From positions 2,924 through 66,923 of the forward strand of contig JAFEEI010000008.1 of the NCBI GenBank assembly GCA_018241205.1: a stretch of DNA of 64,000 bases, in the 5' to 3' direction. This DNA is from Pseudomonadota bacterium (GTDB taxonomy: Bacteria; Pseudomonadota; Gammaproteobacteria; Burkholderiales; Nitrosomonadaceae). Shown here in pieces: positions 1-10,974 of the stretch. Position numbers and translations under genes: made by a program. Below the pieces are notes generated by a model. It was given only the letters and a program-made list of their open reading frames with translations. It had not been told where the DNA came from and did not search any database. Numbering within the stretch: position 1 is the first letter of the stretch; every line of letters starts with the position of its first letter.

Positions 1-54
1 CTTCAATGCGGTTATTTGTTATGATGCGTGTCCCGCTTTGCGCAACGAATTTTC

Positions 55-915
55 ATGCTTAATATTGATTTACATTGTCATTCTTCAATTTCTGACGGTT
101 TATTGACACCGGCACAACTGGTCGAGCGCGCTGCTCAGCGCGGCGTGGAAATTCTCGCATTAACCGATCACGATGATATCGCAGGCCTCGCGGAAGCGCG
201 TGAGGCTGCTGAGGCGAAAAGTATCACATTTATAAACGGCGTGGAAATATCCGTCAGCTGGCGTGGCCGCACCTTGCATATCGTTGGGCTGGATATCGAT
301 CCCGATTATGCACCGCTGGCAGAAGGCTTGGCGGTTGTGCGCGCTGGACGCGCGCAGCGCGCCCGGAACATCGCCGCAGAACTGGAAAAAATCGGCATCC
401 AAGGCAGCCTGGAAGGCGCCTACACTTATGTCGGCGTGCGCAGCTTGATAGGACGTACGCATTTTGCCCGCTTTCTGGCCGCGCAAGGGTATGCCAAGGA
501 CGTCAAGTCGGTGTTCAAAAAATATCTGGTCAAAGGCAAACCAGGCTACACCCCGCACGAATGGGCGTCACTCGACGATGCGCTGAGCTGGATCTGCGGC
601 AGCGGCGGACACGCGGTCATTGCCCATCCCGGACGTTACGACTTGGGCAAAAACGTGCTGAGCGATCTGCTCGACGAATTTTGCGCTTTGGGCGGATCGG
701 CGCTCGAAGTGGTGACCTCAAGCCACACGCCGGAGCAAATGCAGCATTTCGCCCGGCACGCCAACAACCGGAATTTGCTGGCATCCTGCGGTTCGGATTT
801 TCATGGGCCAGGGGAGAGCCATTTCGATCTTGGACAACTGCCGGAATTTCCGCTTGGTTGTACTCCCGTTTGGCAGCAATGGGAAAGCACCGTCAATGCA
901 GAATTGATCGATTGA
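55..915 (+). CDS. PHP-domain phosphoesterase (YciV/TrpH-like)
   Basis: DLHCHS, LTDHD, HPGRY and GSDFHG PHP motifs; ATG at 55 preferred over GTG at 28. Confidence 0.9.
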   Translation: MLNIDLHCHSSISDGLLTPAQLVERAAQRGVEILALTDHDDIAGLAEAREAAEAKSITFINGVEISVSWRGRTLHIVGLDIDPDYAPLAEGLAVVRAGRAQRARNIAAELEKIGIQGSLEGAYTYVGVRSLIGRTHFARFLAAQGYAKDVKSVFKKYLVKGKPGYTPHEWASLDDALSWICGSGGHAVIAHPGRYDLGKNVLSDLLDEFCALGGSALEVVTSSHTPEQMQHFARHANNRNLLASCGSDFHGPGESHFDLGQLPEFPLGCTPVWQQWESTVNAELID

Positions 916-940
916 GACACTGATTTTAACAACTCCCGCC

Positions 941-1573
941 GTGGCGCAATTTTTCTCCATCCACACCGACACCCCGAATATCCGCCTGATCAGGCAGGCT
1001 GTTGCCATCGTACGCAGCGGCGGCATTATCGTGTACCCGACCGATTCGTGCTATGCGTTGGGCTGCCATATCGGCGATAAAGACGCCATGACGCGCATCC
1101 GCACCATCCGGCAAGTCGACGAGCGCCATCATTTCACGCTGGTATGCCGTAATCTGGCGGAAATCGCCACTTACGCCAAGGTCGACAACAGTCAGTACCG
1201 TTTGTTGAAAGCGACGACACCCGGCAGCTATACGTTTATTTTGCAGGCATCGCGCGAAGTGCCGCGGCGCTTGCAGCACCCGAAGCGCAGCACTATCGGT
1301 TTACGCATTCCCGGTCATCCGGTGGTCCAGGCGCTGTTGGAAGAACTCGAAGAACCACTGCTCAGCTCGACGCTGATTCTGCCTGGCGACGAATTGCCGC
1401 TGAATGATGCGGAAGAAATCCGCGAACGTCTGGAGCATCAGGTGGAATTGGTGATGGATGCCGGTTCCTGCGGCATCGACATGACCACCGTGATCGATTT
1501 AACGACTGATGTGCCCGCCCTGGTGCGGCCAGGCAAAGGCGCTCTCGAACCGTTTGGAATCGATCATGGATGA
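941..1573 (+). CDS. yciO: Sua5/YciO/YrdC family protein
   Basis: YPTDSCYALGC, TPGSYTFIL and IGLRIP motifs; typical PHP-yciO-S2P-trpS gene order. Confidence 0.88.
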   Translation: MAQFFSIHTDTPNIRLIRQAVAIVRSGGIIVYPTDSCYALGCHIGDKDAMTRIRTIRQVDERHHFTLVCRNLAEIATYAKVDNSQYRLLKATTPGSYTFILQASREVPRRLQHPKRSTIGLRIPGHPVVQALLEELEEPLLSSTLILPGDELPLNDAEEIRERLEHQVELVMDAGSCGIDMTTVIDLTTDVPALVRPGKGALEPFGIDHG

Positions 1574-2231
1574 AATTATTCAAGGCATCGCCATTTATGC
1601 GCTACCGGTGATTTTCGCCATTACCATGCACGAAGCTGCGCATGGCTATGTCGCTAAGCAATTTGGCGATCTCACTGCGTACAGCGCCGGCCGCATCAGC
1701 CTCAATCCGGCACGGCATATCGATCCCGTCGGTACGATCCTGGTGCCGCTGTCGCTGTTCGTGCTGAGCAAGCTGACCGTCGGCGCGGGATTCTTGTTCG
1801 GCTGGGCGAAACCGGTGCCGGTCAACTTCGCCAACCTGCGCCACCCGAAACGCGACATGCTGTGGGTCGCCGCAGCCGGGCCCGGTGCCAATTTATTGAT
1901 GGCGTTTTTCTGGGCGCTGATGATCAAACTGGCCATTGCCATGCCCGGGAGCGGCTTCGCCAAACCATTGGCGCTGATGGGAGTCGCCGGAATCGAAATC
2001 AATGTCGTTCTGATGGTGCTTAATCTGCTGCCGCTACCGCCCCTGGACGGCGGCCGCATGGCCATGAGTTTGCTGCCGCATCGTTTGGCGTACCAATTTT
2101 CCCGGATCGAGCCTTACGGCTTTATGATATTACTGGTATTGTTGTTCAGCGGTCTGTTGGGTACCGTGATCGGGCCAGTCATTCTATGGGCTAAAATTAT
2201 CATTGTGTCCATTTTCGGGTTATACATCTAA
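1566..2231 (+). CDS. Site-2 protease family (M50) membrane metalloprotease
   Basis: HEAAH and NLLPLPPLDG motifs, hydrophobic segments; ATG at 1566. Confidence 0.9.
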   Translation: MDEIIQGIAIYALPVIFAITMHEAAHGYVAKQFGDLTAYSAGRISLNPARHIDPVGTILVPLSLFVLSKLTVGAGFLFGWAKPVPVNFANLRHPKRDMLWVAAAGPGANLLMAFFWALMIKLAIAMPGSGFAKPLALMGVAGIEINVVLMVLNLLPLPPLDGGRMAMSLLPHRLAYQFSRIEPYGFMILLVLLFSGLLGTVIGPVILWAKIIIVSIFGLYI

Positions 2232-2257
2232 CCATATCTTACACTTGGAATATCAAC

Positions 2258-3460
2258 ATGTTTGCTGATCGCGTTTTATCCGGCATGCGCCCCACCGGCA
2301 GCTTGCATTTGGGGCACTATCACGGCGTATTAAAAAACTGGGTGAAGTTGCAGCAGCAATACGAATGTCTGTTTTTCGTCGCCGATTGGCATGCTTTGAC
2401 GACCCATTACGATACGCCGGAAATCATCGAGCAAAATGTTTGGGACATGGTGATCGACTGGCTGGCCGCGGGCGTCGACCCATCGCAAGCGACGCTGTTC
2501 ATTCAATCCAAAGTGCCGGCGCACGCCGAACTGTATCTGCTGCTGTCGATGATGACGCCGCTCGGCTGGCTGGAACGCGTGCCAACCTATAAAGACCAAC
2601 AGGAAAAATTATCCGAGAAAGACCTCAGCACCTACGGCTTTCTCGGCTATCCGCTGCTGCAAAGCGCGGATATTCTGATTTACCGCGCCAACCGGGTACC
2701 GGTCGGCGAAGATCAAGCGCCGCACTTGGAATTCACGCGCGAAATTTCGCGCCGCTTCAATCACATTTATGGCAAGGAACCCGGCTTTGAAGAAAAAGCG
2801 GAAGCCGCGATCAAAAAGCTGGGATCGAAAAAATCCAAGTTGTATAACGAGTTGCGCAACCTGTATCAGGAGCAGGGCGACGAAAGCGCATTGGAAGAAG
2901 CCCGTTCGTTGCTGAACGAGCAGCAGAATTTGAGCTTGGGTGACCGCGAACGCTTATTCGGTTACTTGGAAGGCGGCGGAAAAATGATTCTGACCGAGCC
3001 GGAAACGCTGCTGACCGAAGCTTCCCGAATGCCAGGGCTGGACGGTCAAAAAATGTCCAAGTCGTATAACAACACCATCAGTTTGCGTGAAGACCCGGAA
3101 AGTATCCGCAAAAAAGTGCGCACTATGCCGACCGACCCGGCGCGCGTGCGGCGCAGCGATCCGGGCGATCCGGCCAAATGTCCGGTATGGCAGTTCCACT
3201 TGGTTTATTCGGATGACAAAACCCGCGAATGGGTGCAATGGGGTTGCAAGAACGCTGAAATCGGCTGCCTGGACTGCAAAGCGCCGGTGATTGACAAAAT
3301 CCTCGCGGAACAAGAACCGATGGCCGAACGCATCAAAAAATACGAAGAAGACCCGACTCTGGTGCGCAACATCATCGCCGACGGTTGCGAAAAAGCCAAC
3401 AAGCTGGCGGAAGAAACCATGCGCGATATCCGTGAAGCGATGGGACTGAGTTATTCCTGA
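2258..3460 (+). CDS. trpS: Tryptophan--tRNA ligase
   Basis: SGMRPTGSLHLGH (HIGH) and KMSKS motifs. Confidence 0.97.
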   Translation: MFADRVLSGMRPTGSLHLGHYHGVLKNWVKLQQQYECLFFVADWHALTTHYDTPEIIEQNVWDMVIDWLAAGVDPSQATLFIQSKVPAHAELYLLLSMMTPLGWLERVPTYKDQQEKLSEKDLSTYGFLGYPLLQSADILIYRANRVPVGEDQAPHLEFTREISRRFNHIYGKEPGFEEKAEAAIKKLGSKKSKLYNELRNLYQEQGDESALEEARSLLNEQQNLSLGDRERLFGYLEGGGKMILTEPETLLTEASRMPGLDGQKMSKSYNNTISLREDPESIRKKVRTMPTDPARVRRSDPGDPAKCPVWQFHLVYSDDKTREWVQWGCKNAEIGCLDCKAPVIDKILAEQEPMAERIKKYEEDPTLVRNIIADGCEKANKLAEETMRDIREAMGLSYS

Positions 3461-3472
3461 TGCATCACCACA

Positions 3473-4288
3473 TTGCACGACACGGTGAATTTGGTACTTG
3501 ATGCAATTGACCCTCAGCCGGTCGCCACCATTTGTGGCGAGCCGCTGTTGGAGATTCCACAGGACTTGTATATTCCGCCGGATGCGCTGGAAGTTTTTCT
3601 GGATACGTTCCAAGGTCCTTTGGATTTGCTGTTGTATTTGATCCGCAAGCATAATCTGAACATTCTCGACATTCCGATGGCCGAGCTCACGCAGCAATAT
3701 ATGACGTATGTCGAGATGATGCGCGTGGATCAACTGGAGTTGGCCGCTGAATACCTGCTGATGACTGCGCTGCTGATCGAAATCAAATCGCGCATGCTGC
3801 TGCCGAATCCCAAAGCGGAACCGGAAGGCGAGGAACGCGATCCGCGCGCCGAGCTGGTGCGGCGCTTGCTGGAATACGAGCAAATGAAAAAAGCGGCCGA
3901 GCGTCTGAATGAGATTCCGCAAGCCGAACGGGACTTTAGTATCGCCCAAATCTGGATCGAACAAAAAACTGTGGTGCAATTACCGCATATCGATAAGGAC
4001 GATTTACGCAACGCTTGGGCCGCAATTCTGACGCGCGCAAAAGTTAACCGCCACCATCAGATCAAGCGCGAGACGCTGTCGGTGCGCGCATACATGAGCC
4101 AAGTGCTGCGCGACTTGCGCGGCCGTCAGCAAGTTGAGTTTTATGATTTATTCAGCCCCGCGGCTACGGTTGCGGAAGTGGTCGTCACTTTCCTGGCCAT
4201 CCTGGAACTCGCCAAGGAATTACTGCTGGAAATTTCACAATCCCCCGATGATGCAATGATTTATGTCCGAGCCATTGACGCCGCCTGA
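3473..4288 (+). CDS. scpA: Segregation and condensation protein A
   Basis: FQGPLDLLLYLIRK and VVTFLAILEL motifs; start codon uncertain. Confidence 0.93.
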   Translation: MHDTVNLVLDAIDPQPVATICGEPLLEIPQDLYIPPDALEVFLDTFQGPLDLLLYLIRKHNLNILDIPMAELTQQYMTYVEMMRVDQLELAAEYLLMTALLIEIKSRMLLPNPKAEPEGEERDPRAELVRRLLEYEQMKKAAERLNEIPQAERDFSIAQIWIEQKTVVQLPHIDKDDLRNAWAAILTRAKVNRHHQIKRETLSVRAYMSQVLRDLRGRQQVEFYDLFSPAATVAEVVVTFLAILELAKELLLEISQSPDDAMIYVRAIDAA

Positions 4289-4901
4289 TTATCACCCGCT
4301 GGATACACTCGATTCGTTGAGTCCCGGAAAGATCAAGCAAATCCTTGAAGCAGCCTTGCTTACAGCGCAAGAGCCTCTATCCATCAGTGAATTACGGAAA
4401 TTATTCAATGATGAATTAAGCGCCGCAGTATTGACCAACTTGCTGCAGGAAATCCGGGATCGATGGTGCGATAGCGGTGTGGAGCTGGTGAGCGTGGCCA
4501 GTGGCTGGCGTTTTCAGACTAAAGCCAATGTGCAACCGTATTTGGAGCGTTTGACACCGCAAAAAGCGCCGCGTTATTCACGCGCGGTTTTGGAAACACT
4601 CGCCATTATCGCTTACCGTCAACCGGTCACTCGCGGCGATATCGAAGAAATACGCGGCGTCAGTGTTTCCAGTTCGATACTTAAAACACTGATATCCCGT
4701 GATTGGATTGAAGAGGTCGGGCACCGTAATGTGCCGGGGAAACCGGCGCTGTTTGCCACTACCGCGCATTTTCTCGACGATCTGAATCTGCGCTCGCTCG
4801 ACGAACTACCGCCGCTGGAAGAAATGAAATCGTTACTTGAGTCCGGTGGCGTTCATCCGGATTTACCTTTGCCGGAACCGGAGGAGCCATCCGGTCACTG
4901 A
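4263..4901 (+). CDS. scpB: SMC-Scp complex subunit ScpB
   Basis: [24 protein letters not shown] motif; follows scpA. Confidence 0.95.
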   Translation: MSEPLTPPDYHPLDTLDSLSPGKIKQILEAALLTAQEPLSISELRKLFNDELSAAVLTNLLQEIRDRWCDSGVELVSVASGWRFQTKANVQPYLERLTPQKAPRYSRAVLETLAIIAYRQPVTRGDIEEIRGVSVSSSILKTLISRDWIEEVGHRNVPGKPALFATTAHFLDDLNLRSLDELPPLEEMKSLLESGGVHPDLPLPEPEEPSGH

Positions 4902-5725
4902 GATTTTACCGCTTGCTGCGCTTCGATCAGTGCGGGTGTCAGATGCGGTGCGATCACTTGCAGCAAATGCCCGAAAACTCTTGGATTCCCTGCGACAATT
5001 TGGCCGCTTTCCAATTGCGTTTCATTGCCTTCCAAGTCGCCGACCAAACCACCGGCTTCGGTGATTAGCAAACACCCGGCAGCCATATCCCACGGCGCCA
5101 GACCGATTTCCCAAAAACCATCGTAACGGCCGCAAGCGACGTACGCGAGATCCAGCGCGGCGGATCCAGGACGGCGAATTCCGGCGATACGCGGCACGAG
5201 GTCCTTCAGCATGGCAAAATAAGCATTAATGTGCGTCAAATCACGGAATGGCAATCCGGTGCCGATCAGACAATCATCCAGCTTGGTGCGTTTACTGACA
5301 CGAATGCGGCGGTCATTCAAAAAAGCGCCGCTGCCCCGGCTGGCGGTGAATAGCTCATTCAAGTTCGGATCGTAGACTACGGCATGCGTTAGCACGCCTT
5401 TGTATTTAAGCGCAATTGCAACCGAATACTTCGGGAAGCCGTGCAAGAAATTGGTCGTGCCATCCAAGGGATCGATAATCCATTGATACTCCGACTTCTC
5501 CTGATCGCCTTGATGACCGCTTTCTTCCGCCAGAATCGCATGGTCGGGATAAGCCGCCTGCAACACTTTGATAATCGCTGCCTCGGCCGCGCCATCGACC
5601 TCGCTGACGTAATCGCTGTGAGATTTCTTCGATACCGTGAGCAAATCCAGATTCTTAGATGCCTGATTAATGATACTACCGGCGCGGCGCGCGGCTTTCA
5701 CCGCGATGGTCAACATGGGATGCAT
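4895..5725 (-). CDS. suhB: Inositol monophosphatase / Nus factor SuhB
   Basis: [19 protein letters not shown] and WDMAAG motifs. Confidence 0.95.
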   Translation of the reverse strand: MHPMLTIAVKAARRAGSIINQASKNLDLLTVSKKSHSDYVSEVDGAAEAAIIKVLQAAYPDHAILAEESGHQGDQEKSEYQWIIDPLDGTTNFLHGFPKYSVAIALKYKGVLTHAVVYDPNLNELFTASRGSGAFLNDRRIRVSKRTKLDDCLIGTGLPFRDLTHINAYFAMLKDLVPRIAGIRRPGSAALDLAYVACGRYDGFWEIGLAPWDMAAGCLLITEAGGLVGDLEGNETQLESGQIVAGNPRVFGHLLQVIAPHLTPALIEAQQAVKSQ

Positions 5726-5830
5726 AGTTTTGATTCAGAAATTACAAGAAGCGCGATTTTAATATGAATCGATTCCGCCCGCTCGATTTTGTCGTTTTGC
5801 GGAGTATTTTTACGATCCACTCAACTGCAG

Positions 5831-5867
5831 AAAAGAACTGCATCCGATATCAGAATGCGGTTCTTTT
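5831..5867. terminator. Bidirectional intrinsic terminator-like hairpin
   Basis: AAAAGAACTGCAT ... ATGCGGTTCTTTT inverted repeat with A and T tails. Confidence 0.6.
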
Positions 5868-5929
5868 ATCAAATAAAGCTCTATGTTTTAGGTGTAAGGG
5901 GGTAAGAAATCTCAAGGTTGTTTACAAAG

Positions 5930-6191
5930 TGCAGTAGTCGCGACCCGATATTGGCTTTCGTTTTGGAATGCTCGATGTCATTGAGTGCCAGATAGAGCTG
6001 ATAATCGTGATGTCCCGGCTTGCCACAATATTCGGTACCGCGGTCGGTCAGGATGTGAATGACGCCCATGCTCTGCCCGGTGAAGAATGGCAGTACCCGG
6101 TCATTGAGCAAATCAGCCGGTGTGATCGGCGTTTTGATGGTAGACAACTTCGCTGCAGCCCACTTGAAATAGGTGTCGGCGAAGAGTTGTT
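5930..6191 (-). pseudogene. IS481-family transposase fragment
   Basis: Minus frame reads QLFADTYFKWAAAKLSTIKTPITPADLLNDRVLPFF...ILTDRGTEYCG...DYQLYLALNDIEHSKTKA, the IS481 core; truncated at both ends. Confidence 0.8.
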
Positions 6192-6193
6192 AA

Positions 6194-6658
6194 CTATCCA
6201 GCATCCTTATCTCTGACAGGAATTCGCCACACAAAAACAGCCAAAATGCTACCGATGACAACCAGCATGATTTTCTGCCATAGCTCGGGCACAATCCAGA
6301 TAGAACTGCCAAATGACAATGTCATCAAAAAATAGACCCAGCGCTTAACACGTTGCGGGATGCTGCGATAGAGAGCCCATTCACGGATGATCGGTCCGGC
6401 GATGCGATTTTCCAGTAATTTATAATGAAAGTATTCGGAGCCACGGGCAAAGCAGGCCGCCGCCAGCAGTACAAAAGGTGTTGTCGGCAGCACCGGCAAC
6501 ACTGCGCCCAATATTGCCAAAAACAACGCCAGAAAACCGGCTCCCAGGTACATGGCGCGCACCAGCGGTGAATCGTGCAGACATAACAAATCGGCTGTTT
6601 GCAGATCGGCAATTTGCCGCTCAGTTTGTGCAGTTTCATGATGTTCAGGTGTAGGCAT
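6194..6658 (-). CDS. YbaN/DUF454 inner membrane protein
   Basis: LPVLPTTPFVLLAAACFAR motif; ATG at 6658. Confidence 0.88.
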   Translation of the reverse strand: MPTPEHHETAQTERQIADLQTADLLCLHDSPLVRAMYLGAGFLALFLAILGAVLPVLPTTPFVLLAAACFARGSEYFHYKLLENRIAGPIIREWALYRSIPQRVKRWVYFLMTLSFGSSIWIVPELWQKIMLVVIGSILAVFVWRIPVRDKDAG

Positions 6659-6688
6659 ATTCGATACTGTCGAAAAATTGGCTGCTAA

Positions 6689-6851
6689 GGAAACGCTGAT
6701 TAATTGACTGCACAAACGAATAAACTACTGCGCTTAGTCATGCTGTGTTGAAATCAAAAATTCAGAATGCTCATTGGCTACTCGTAAACTCCGCTTTCTC
6801 GCTTGATTCCGCCTTGCCTGATCATCGCTCGCTACCTTTTTCAGAGTTTCC
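6689..6851. mobile_element. IS5-type MITE (163 bp)
   Basis: TIRs GGAAACGCTGA / TCAGAGTTTCC (10/11 match), flanked by a CTAA direct repeat at 6685-6688 and 6852-6855; no transposase ORF. Confidence 0.7.
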
Positions 6852-6976
6852 CTAAGTATAAAAATTCAGCAATGAATTAGGGCCGTCAGCCATAAAAAGA
6901 ATTGATGTTACCAGTTATAATACCCAGGCGTTAATTATTAAAATTAAGCGGATTTAATTTTTTTCTCGAGGAAATT

Positions 6977-7441
6977 ATGCATAATATGAAAACACTGATT
7001 CATTTAAGTTTCATCGTGCTAGCGTTTGTGATGTTGCCGCAAGCTGCTTTTGCCTATAAGGAAATGGCCGCTGCCGATGGACCGGCGCTGCAGAAAATTG
7101 ACACCAAAGTCGGAAGCGGCGAAGAAGCAGAGATTGGAAAAACCGTTAATGTGCATTACACCGGCTGGCTTTACGATGAAAATGCGCCGGACAAAAAAGG
7201 CAGAAAGTTTGACAGTTCCTATGATCGTAAAGAATATTTCTCTTTCATGCTCGGTGCAGGGCGTGTGATCAAAGGCTGGGATCAAGGTGTCCAGGGTATG
7301 AAAGTGGGCGGGCAACGCACGTTGATTATTCCGCCATCAATGGCTTATGGTTCACGCGGCGCTGGTAATATTATTCCGCCGGATGCGACTTTGATTTTTG
7401 ATGTTGAATTGATCAATCTGAAAGCGGGCGCCTATCATTAA
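6977..7441 (+). CDS. FKBP-type peptidyl-prolyl isomerase, exported
   Basis: VHYTGWL, FDSS, VIKGWDQGV and IPPDATLIFDVEL motifs; N-terminal signal peptide. Confidence 0.95.
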   Translation: MHNMKTLIHLSFIVLAFVMLPQAAFAYKEMAAADGPALQKIDTKVGSGEEAEIGKTVNVHYTGWLYDENAPDKKGRKFDSSYDRKEYFSFMLGAGRVIKGWDQGVQGMKVGGQRTLIIPPSMAYGSRGAGNIIPPDATLIFDVELINLKAGAYH

Positions 7442-7681
7442 GGTGTGCTGCTTATCCGGAGTTGCGGTGAATTTGCGCACTGAACCGACAGATTGACTCA
7501 CAAAAGCTTCCGGGCAGTTATTTAGCTTTCCGGCTAAGAAGCGCTGAAAAAAGTAGCGGGCGATGACCGGGTACAATAGTTTTTCAGTGCTTCTTTAGAA
7601 ATTTTGCCATCACAATGCACGCATCGTCTAAAATGTTTAGAGATTGCGTTAATCCGCTGTAGAAATTGACTGGGTACTGTT

Positions 7682-10600
7682 ATGACTCCGACCTCACAGC
7701 AACGTAACATCCGGTACAAACGCCTGAGCATTGTGCTCGGTGTCACTGCAATTTTAGTTGCCGCTTTAGTAGCACTCGCCACCTACTGGCTGCCCGGTTA
7801 TGCAAAATCCCAACTCGAGATTCACCTGTCGGAATATCTGCAGCGTCCCGTAACCGTCGCGTCCATTGAACTAAAACCTCGCACGCTTGAGTTGATCGTA
7901 CAGGGTTTTCGCATTGACGAAAAAACGGATACGGCGGAAGCACGCCCGATACTGTTTTCCTTTAACACGTTGCATATCGGTGTCAGTTTTGAATCGCTGA
8001 AACAGCGCGCCCCTATTGTCACATCGATCACTTTGTCGGAACCGCAGTTGCGTTTGGTGCGAAAAAACAAAGATCAACTGAACATCTCCGACATCCTGGA
8101 GCGGCTTCAGCAACCCTCCGATAAGGAAAGTGCCGCAAACGACAAAGGCATTCCATTTTCTATCAGCAATATCGCCATTCAGGACGGCCGCGTCGAATTT
8201 ATCGATCAACAGGAAAATGCCGAGCATGTTATCAGCGAAATCAATCTCGGTATTCCCGTTGCCGCCAATATCAACAACACGCCAGAAAACTGGATAGAAC
8301 CGCACTTCAGTGCAAAAATCAACGATGCACCCTTCTCAATCGATGGCAAATTGCGTCTCTTCACGACCGCTCAGCAAGCGGCGCTGACCATCAAGTTTAA
8401 TAACGCCGATTTAACGCGTTATAACCGCTATGTAACTCTGCCCGAAGGCATTCACCTGCTCTCCGGTTTTTACGACAGCGACCTGAATCTCAGTTTCGCA
8501 CAAGAACCGGACAAAGCACCGGAAATTTCAATTACTGGCACCACTTCGCTGCGCCAGCTGGCGATCAAAAATAATGCCGTTGCCGCACCTTATCAAACCA
8601 GTCTGAAAAAGCTGGATATTGTGCTGAACAACGTCGACTTAGGCGGCAAAAAGCCTGCACATATCAAGTTGAACATCGACCAGGCATTGTTGATGCGCGA
8701 GGGCGAAAAAGAACCGACGCTATCGTTTGCCAAATTGGCAATTCCCGATATCACCATCAATACCGCGACGCAGAAGATCGGCTTAGGGACAATTGCACTA
8801 GATGGTTTCAGCACGACTCTGCGCCGCGATGCGCAAGGTGGTCTCGATATTTCCCGGCTTTTTACTTCGACAGGTGCGCCAGCGCAAACGGCGCAAACCA
8901 CACAAATTAAGCCACAAACAACGTTTATCCCGATCCCGGCGCATAAACCGCCGCGTTCAGCCAATCCAGTCAAAAGTGCCGGGAAAGTAACGAAACAGGG
9001 CGATGTTGCACATGCGGATACCCCAAAAAACAAACCTGAACCGGCTGGTAACGATAAGCCTTGGACACCGCAGCTTAAAAGCATCCACCTCAAAGCAGCC
9101 AAGCTGCGCTACGAAGATTTGTCGATGACCAAAGTCACACCGATGATTGTCGACTCCCTCGACTTGGCGCTGGAAGACATCGATCTGGATGGCATCAAGC
9201 CTTTGCAGTTAACTATGCAGGGGCGAGTCAATCAACACGGCAGCATCAAAGCCAGCGGCGCACTGGCGTGGGCGCCGTTTTCAGCGGATTTGCTGCTGAA
9301 CCTCAATGCCGTTGATTTGGTATCGCTGCAGGGCTGGCTGGGCGACAAGCTGACCGCGCTGCTGACCAGCGGAGACATTTCTTTCGCGGGAAACTTCAAA
9401 GCCAACGGCGATCCGTTGAAAATTCAATTGAACGGTGAAGGAAAACTGGCGAATTTCAATATTTTCGACAGCAAAAATGCCTATGACCTGCTGCACTGGA
9501 AAAAGCTGGAAATCGGCCATCTCAACTTCACTAATGAGCCATTGCTGGTGGATATCAGCGCGCTGTATTTGAGCGATTTTTTTGCGCGCATGACCATCCT
9601 GCCGGATGGCAGTCTCAATCTGAAACAAATTATTCAAACCGGAAAGCCGGCAGAACCGGTTACAGCGATTGCCACTGCGGAATCCAAAGCTCAGAACTCA
9701 GCCGGTGCAAAGAGCGAAACGCCGGTGCATATCGGCAAGATTTACTTGCAACAAGGCGACATCAATTTCAACGACCGTTTCATCAAACCGAATTACCGCG
9801 CCAATCTGACCGCGTTGGCAGGGCAAATCGGCCCGCTCTATCCCGGCAAATCGGGAAAAATCGACATTCGCGGCATGGTGGGTAAAACCGCGCCTTTGCA
9901 TATTCACGGCACGATTGATCCATTCAGCTCGCAATTACTGATGGACCTCGTGGCGCAGGTTAAAGATATCGATCTGCCGCCGTTCAGCCCTTATTCCGGG
10001 AAATATATCGGCTACGAAATTGAAAAGGGGAAACTATCGGCCGATGTGAATTACCAGGTCGAAAATGGCGCATTGACGGCGGACAACAAAATCTTTCTCG
10101 ATCAATTCACCCTCGGCGAAAAAGTCGAAAGCGAAAATGCGGTATCGCTCCCGCTCGATCTTGCCATCACGCTGCTGAAAAACCGCCGCGGTGAAATCAA
10201 TCTTCATTTGCCGCTCAAGGGATCGATCGACGACCCCGACTTCAATCTCGGCGACATCGTCTTTAATGCGTTTATCAATATGATCTCCAAGGCGATCACA
10301 TCGCCTTTCGCCTTGCTGGGTTCGGTATTTGAAGGCAGCGAAGAATTATCCGAAATTTCCTTTGCACCCGGTTTTGCCGATATCTCAGCCGACTCAGCAC
10401 CGCGCTTAAAAGCCTTGGCCGATATTTTGGTCGACCGCCCGTCGCTGAAACTGGAAATTTCCGGCCATATCGATCCGGAGACGGATTATGAAGGATTGAA
10501 GCAAGCCATGCTGCAAAGCAAGGTAAAAGCGCAAAAGATCGCCGAAGATACCAAAAAGGGCGTCGCCAGTGGCACATTGGCCAATATCACGCTGACTCCG

Positions 10601-10900
10601 AAGGAATACAGCAAATACCTTGAAATCGCTTACAAAAAAGAGTCTTTTGAAAAACCCAAGAATGCCGTGGGACTGGCCAAAAGCCTTCCCGATGCCGAGA
10701 TGGAACAACTCATCCTCGCGCATCTTGCCATTACCGATAGCGACTTGCAGGATTTAGCGGAAAACCGCGCTACTGCGGCGCGCAATTGGTTGGTCGAAAA
10801 CGGCGGGATTTCCGGTGAACGCATTTTTGTCACCGGTTTCCATGAAAGCAAAGATGCTGATAAAAAGAAAGGCAGCAAAGCAGAGTTCTTGTTGAAATGA
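7682..10900 (+). CDS. DUF748 (AsmA-like) domain protein
   Basis: N-terminal TM anchor, FSPYSGKYIGYEIEKGKL and PLDLAITLLKNRRGEINL motifs, OmpA-like C-terminus. Confidence 0.8.
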   Translation: MTPTSQQRNIRYKRLSIVLGVTAILVAALVALATYWLPGYAKSQLEIHLSEYLQRPVTVASIELKPRTLELIVQGFRIDEKTDTAEARPILFSFNTLHIGVSFESLKQRAPIVTSITLSEPQLRLVRKNKDQLNISDILERLQQPSDKESAANDKGIPFSISNIAIQDGRVEFIDQQENAEHVISEINLGIPVAANINNTPENWIEPHFSAKINDAPFSIDGKLRLFTTAQQAALTIKFNNADLTRYNRYVTLPEGIHLLSGFYDSDLNLSFAQEPDKAPEISITGTTSLRQLAIKNNAVAAPYQTSLKKLDIVLNNVDLGGKKPAHIKLNIDQALLMREGEKEPTLSFAKLAIPDITINTATQKIGLGTIALDGFSTTLRRDAQGGLDISRLFTSTGAPAQTAQTTQIKPQTTFIPIPAHKPPRSANPVKSAGKVTKQGDVAHADTPKNKPEPAGNDKPWTPQLKSIHLKAAKLRYEDLSMTKVTPMIVDSLDLALEDIDLDGIKPLQLTMQGRVNQHGSIKASGALAWAPFSADLLLNLNAVDLVSLQGWLGDKLTALLTSGDISFAGNFKANGDPLKIQLNGEGKLANFNIFDSKNAYDLLHWKKLEIGHLNFTNEPLLVDISALYLSDFFARMTILPDGSLNLKQIIQTGKPAEPVTAIATAESKAQNSAGAKSETPVHIGKIYLQQGDINFNDRFIKPNYRANLTALAGQIGPLYPGKSGKIDIRGMVGKTAPLHIHGTIDPFSSQLLMDLVAQVKDIDLPPFSPYSGKYIGYEIEKGKLSADVNYQVENGALTADNKIFLDQFTLGEKVESENAVSLPLDLAITLLKNRRGEINLHLPLKGSIDDPDFNLGDIVFNAFINMISKAITSPFALLGSVFEGSEELSEISFAPGFADISADSAPRLKALADILVDRPSLKLEISGHIDPETDYEGLKQAMLQSKVKAQKIAEDTKKGVASGTLANITLTPKEYSKYLEIAYKKESFEKPKNAVGLAKSLPDAEMEQLILAHLAITDSDLQDLAENRATAARNWLVENGGISGERIFVTGFHESKDADKKKGSKAEFLLK

Positions 10901-10974
10901 CCGGCTTGTTTTCTTCGCTCTCCAGCATATTCAAAAAATCCATACACTTTGATTGATGTAATACTTCTGATTTA

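Noticed and set aside
2954-3979. 341-aa antisense ORF and many similar shadow ORFs (e.g. 15440-16189, 11530-12195, 31335-31913)
   Set aside because: They overlap well-supported genes, lack recognisable motifs and are expected from codon bias.
6659-6715. N-terminal extension of YbaN in the ORF track
   Set aside because: The extension runs into the MITE; ATG at 6658 is more plausible.
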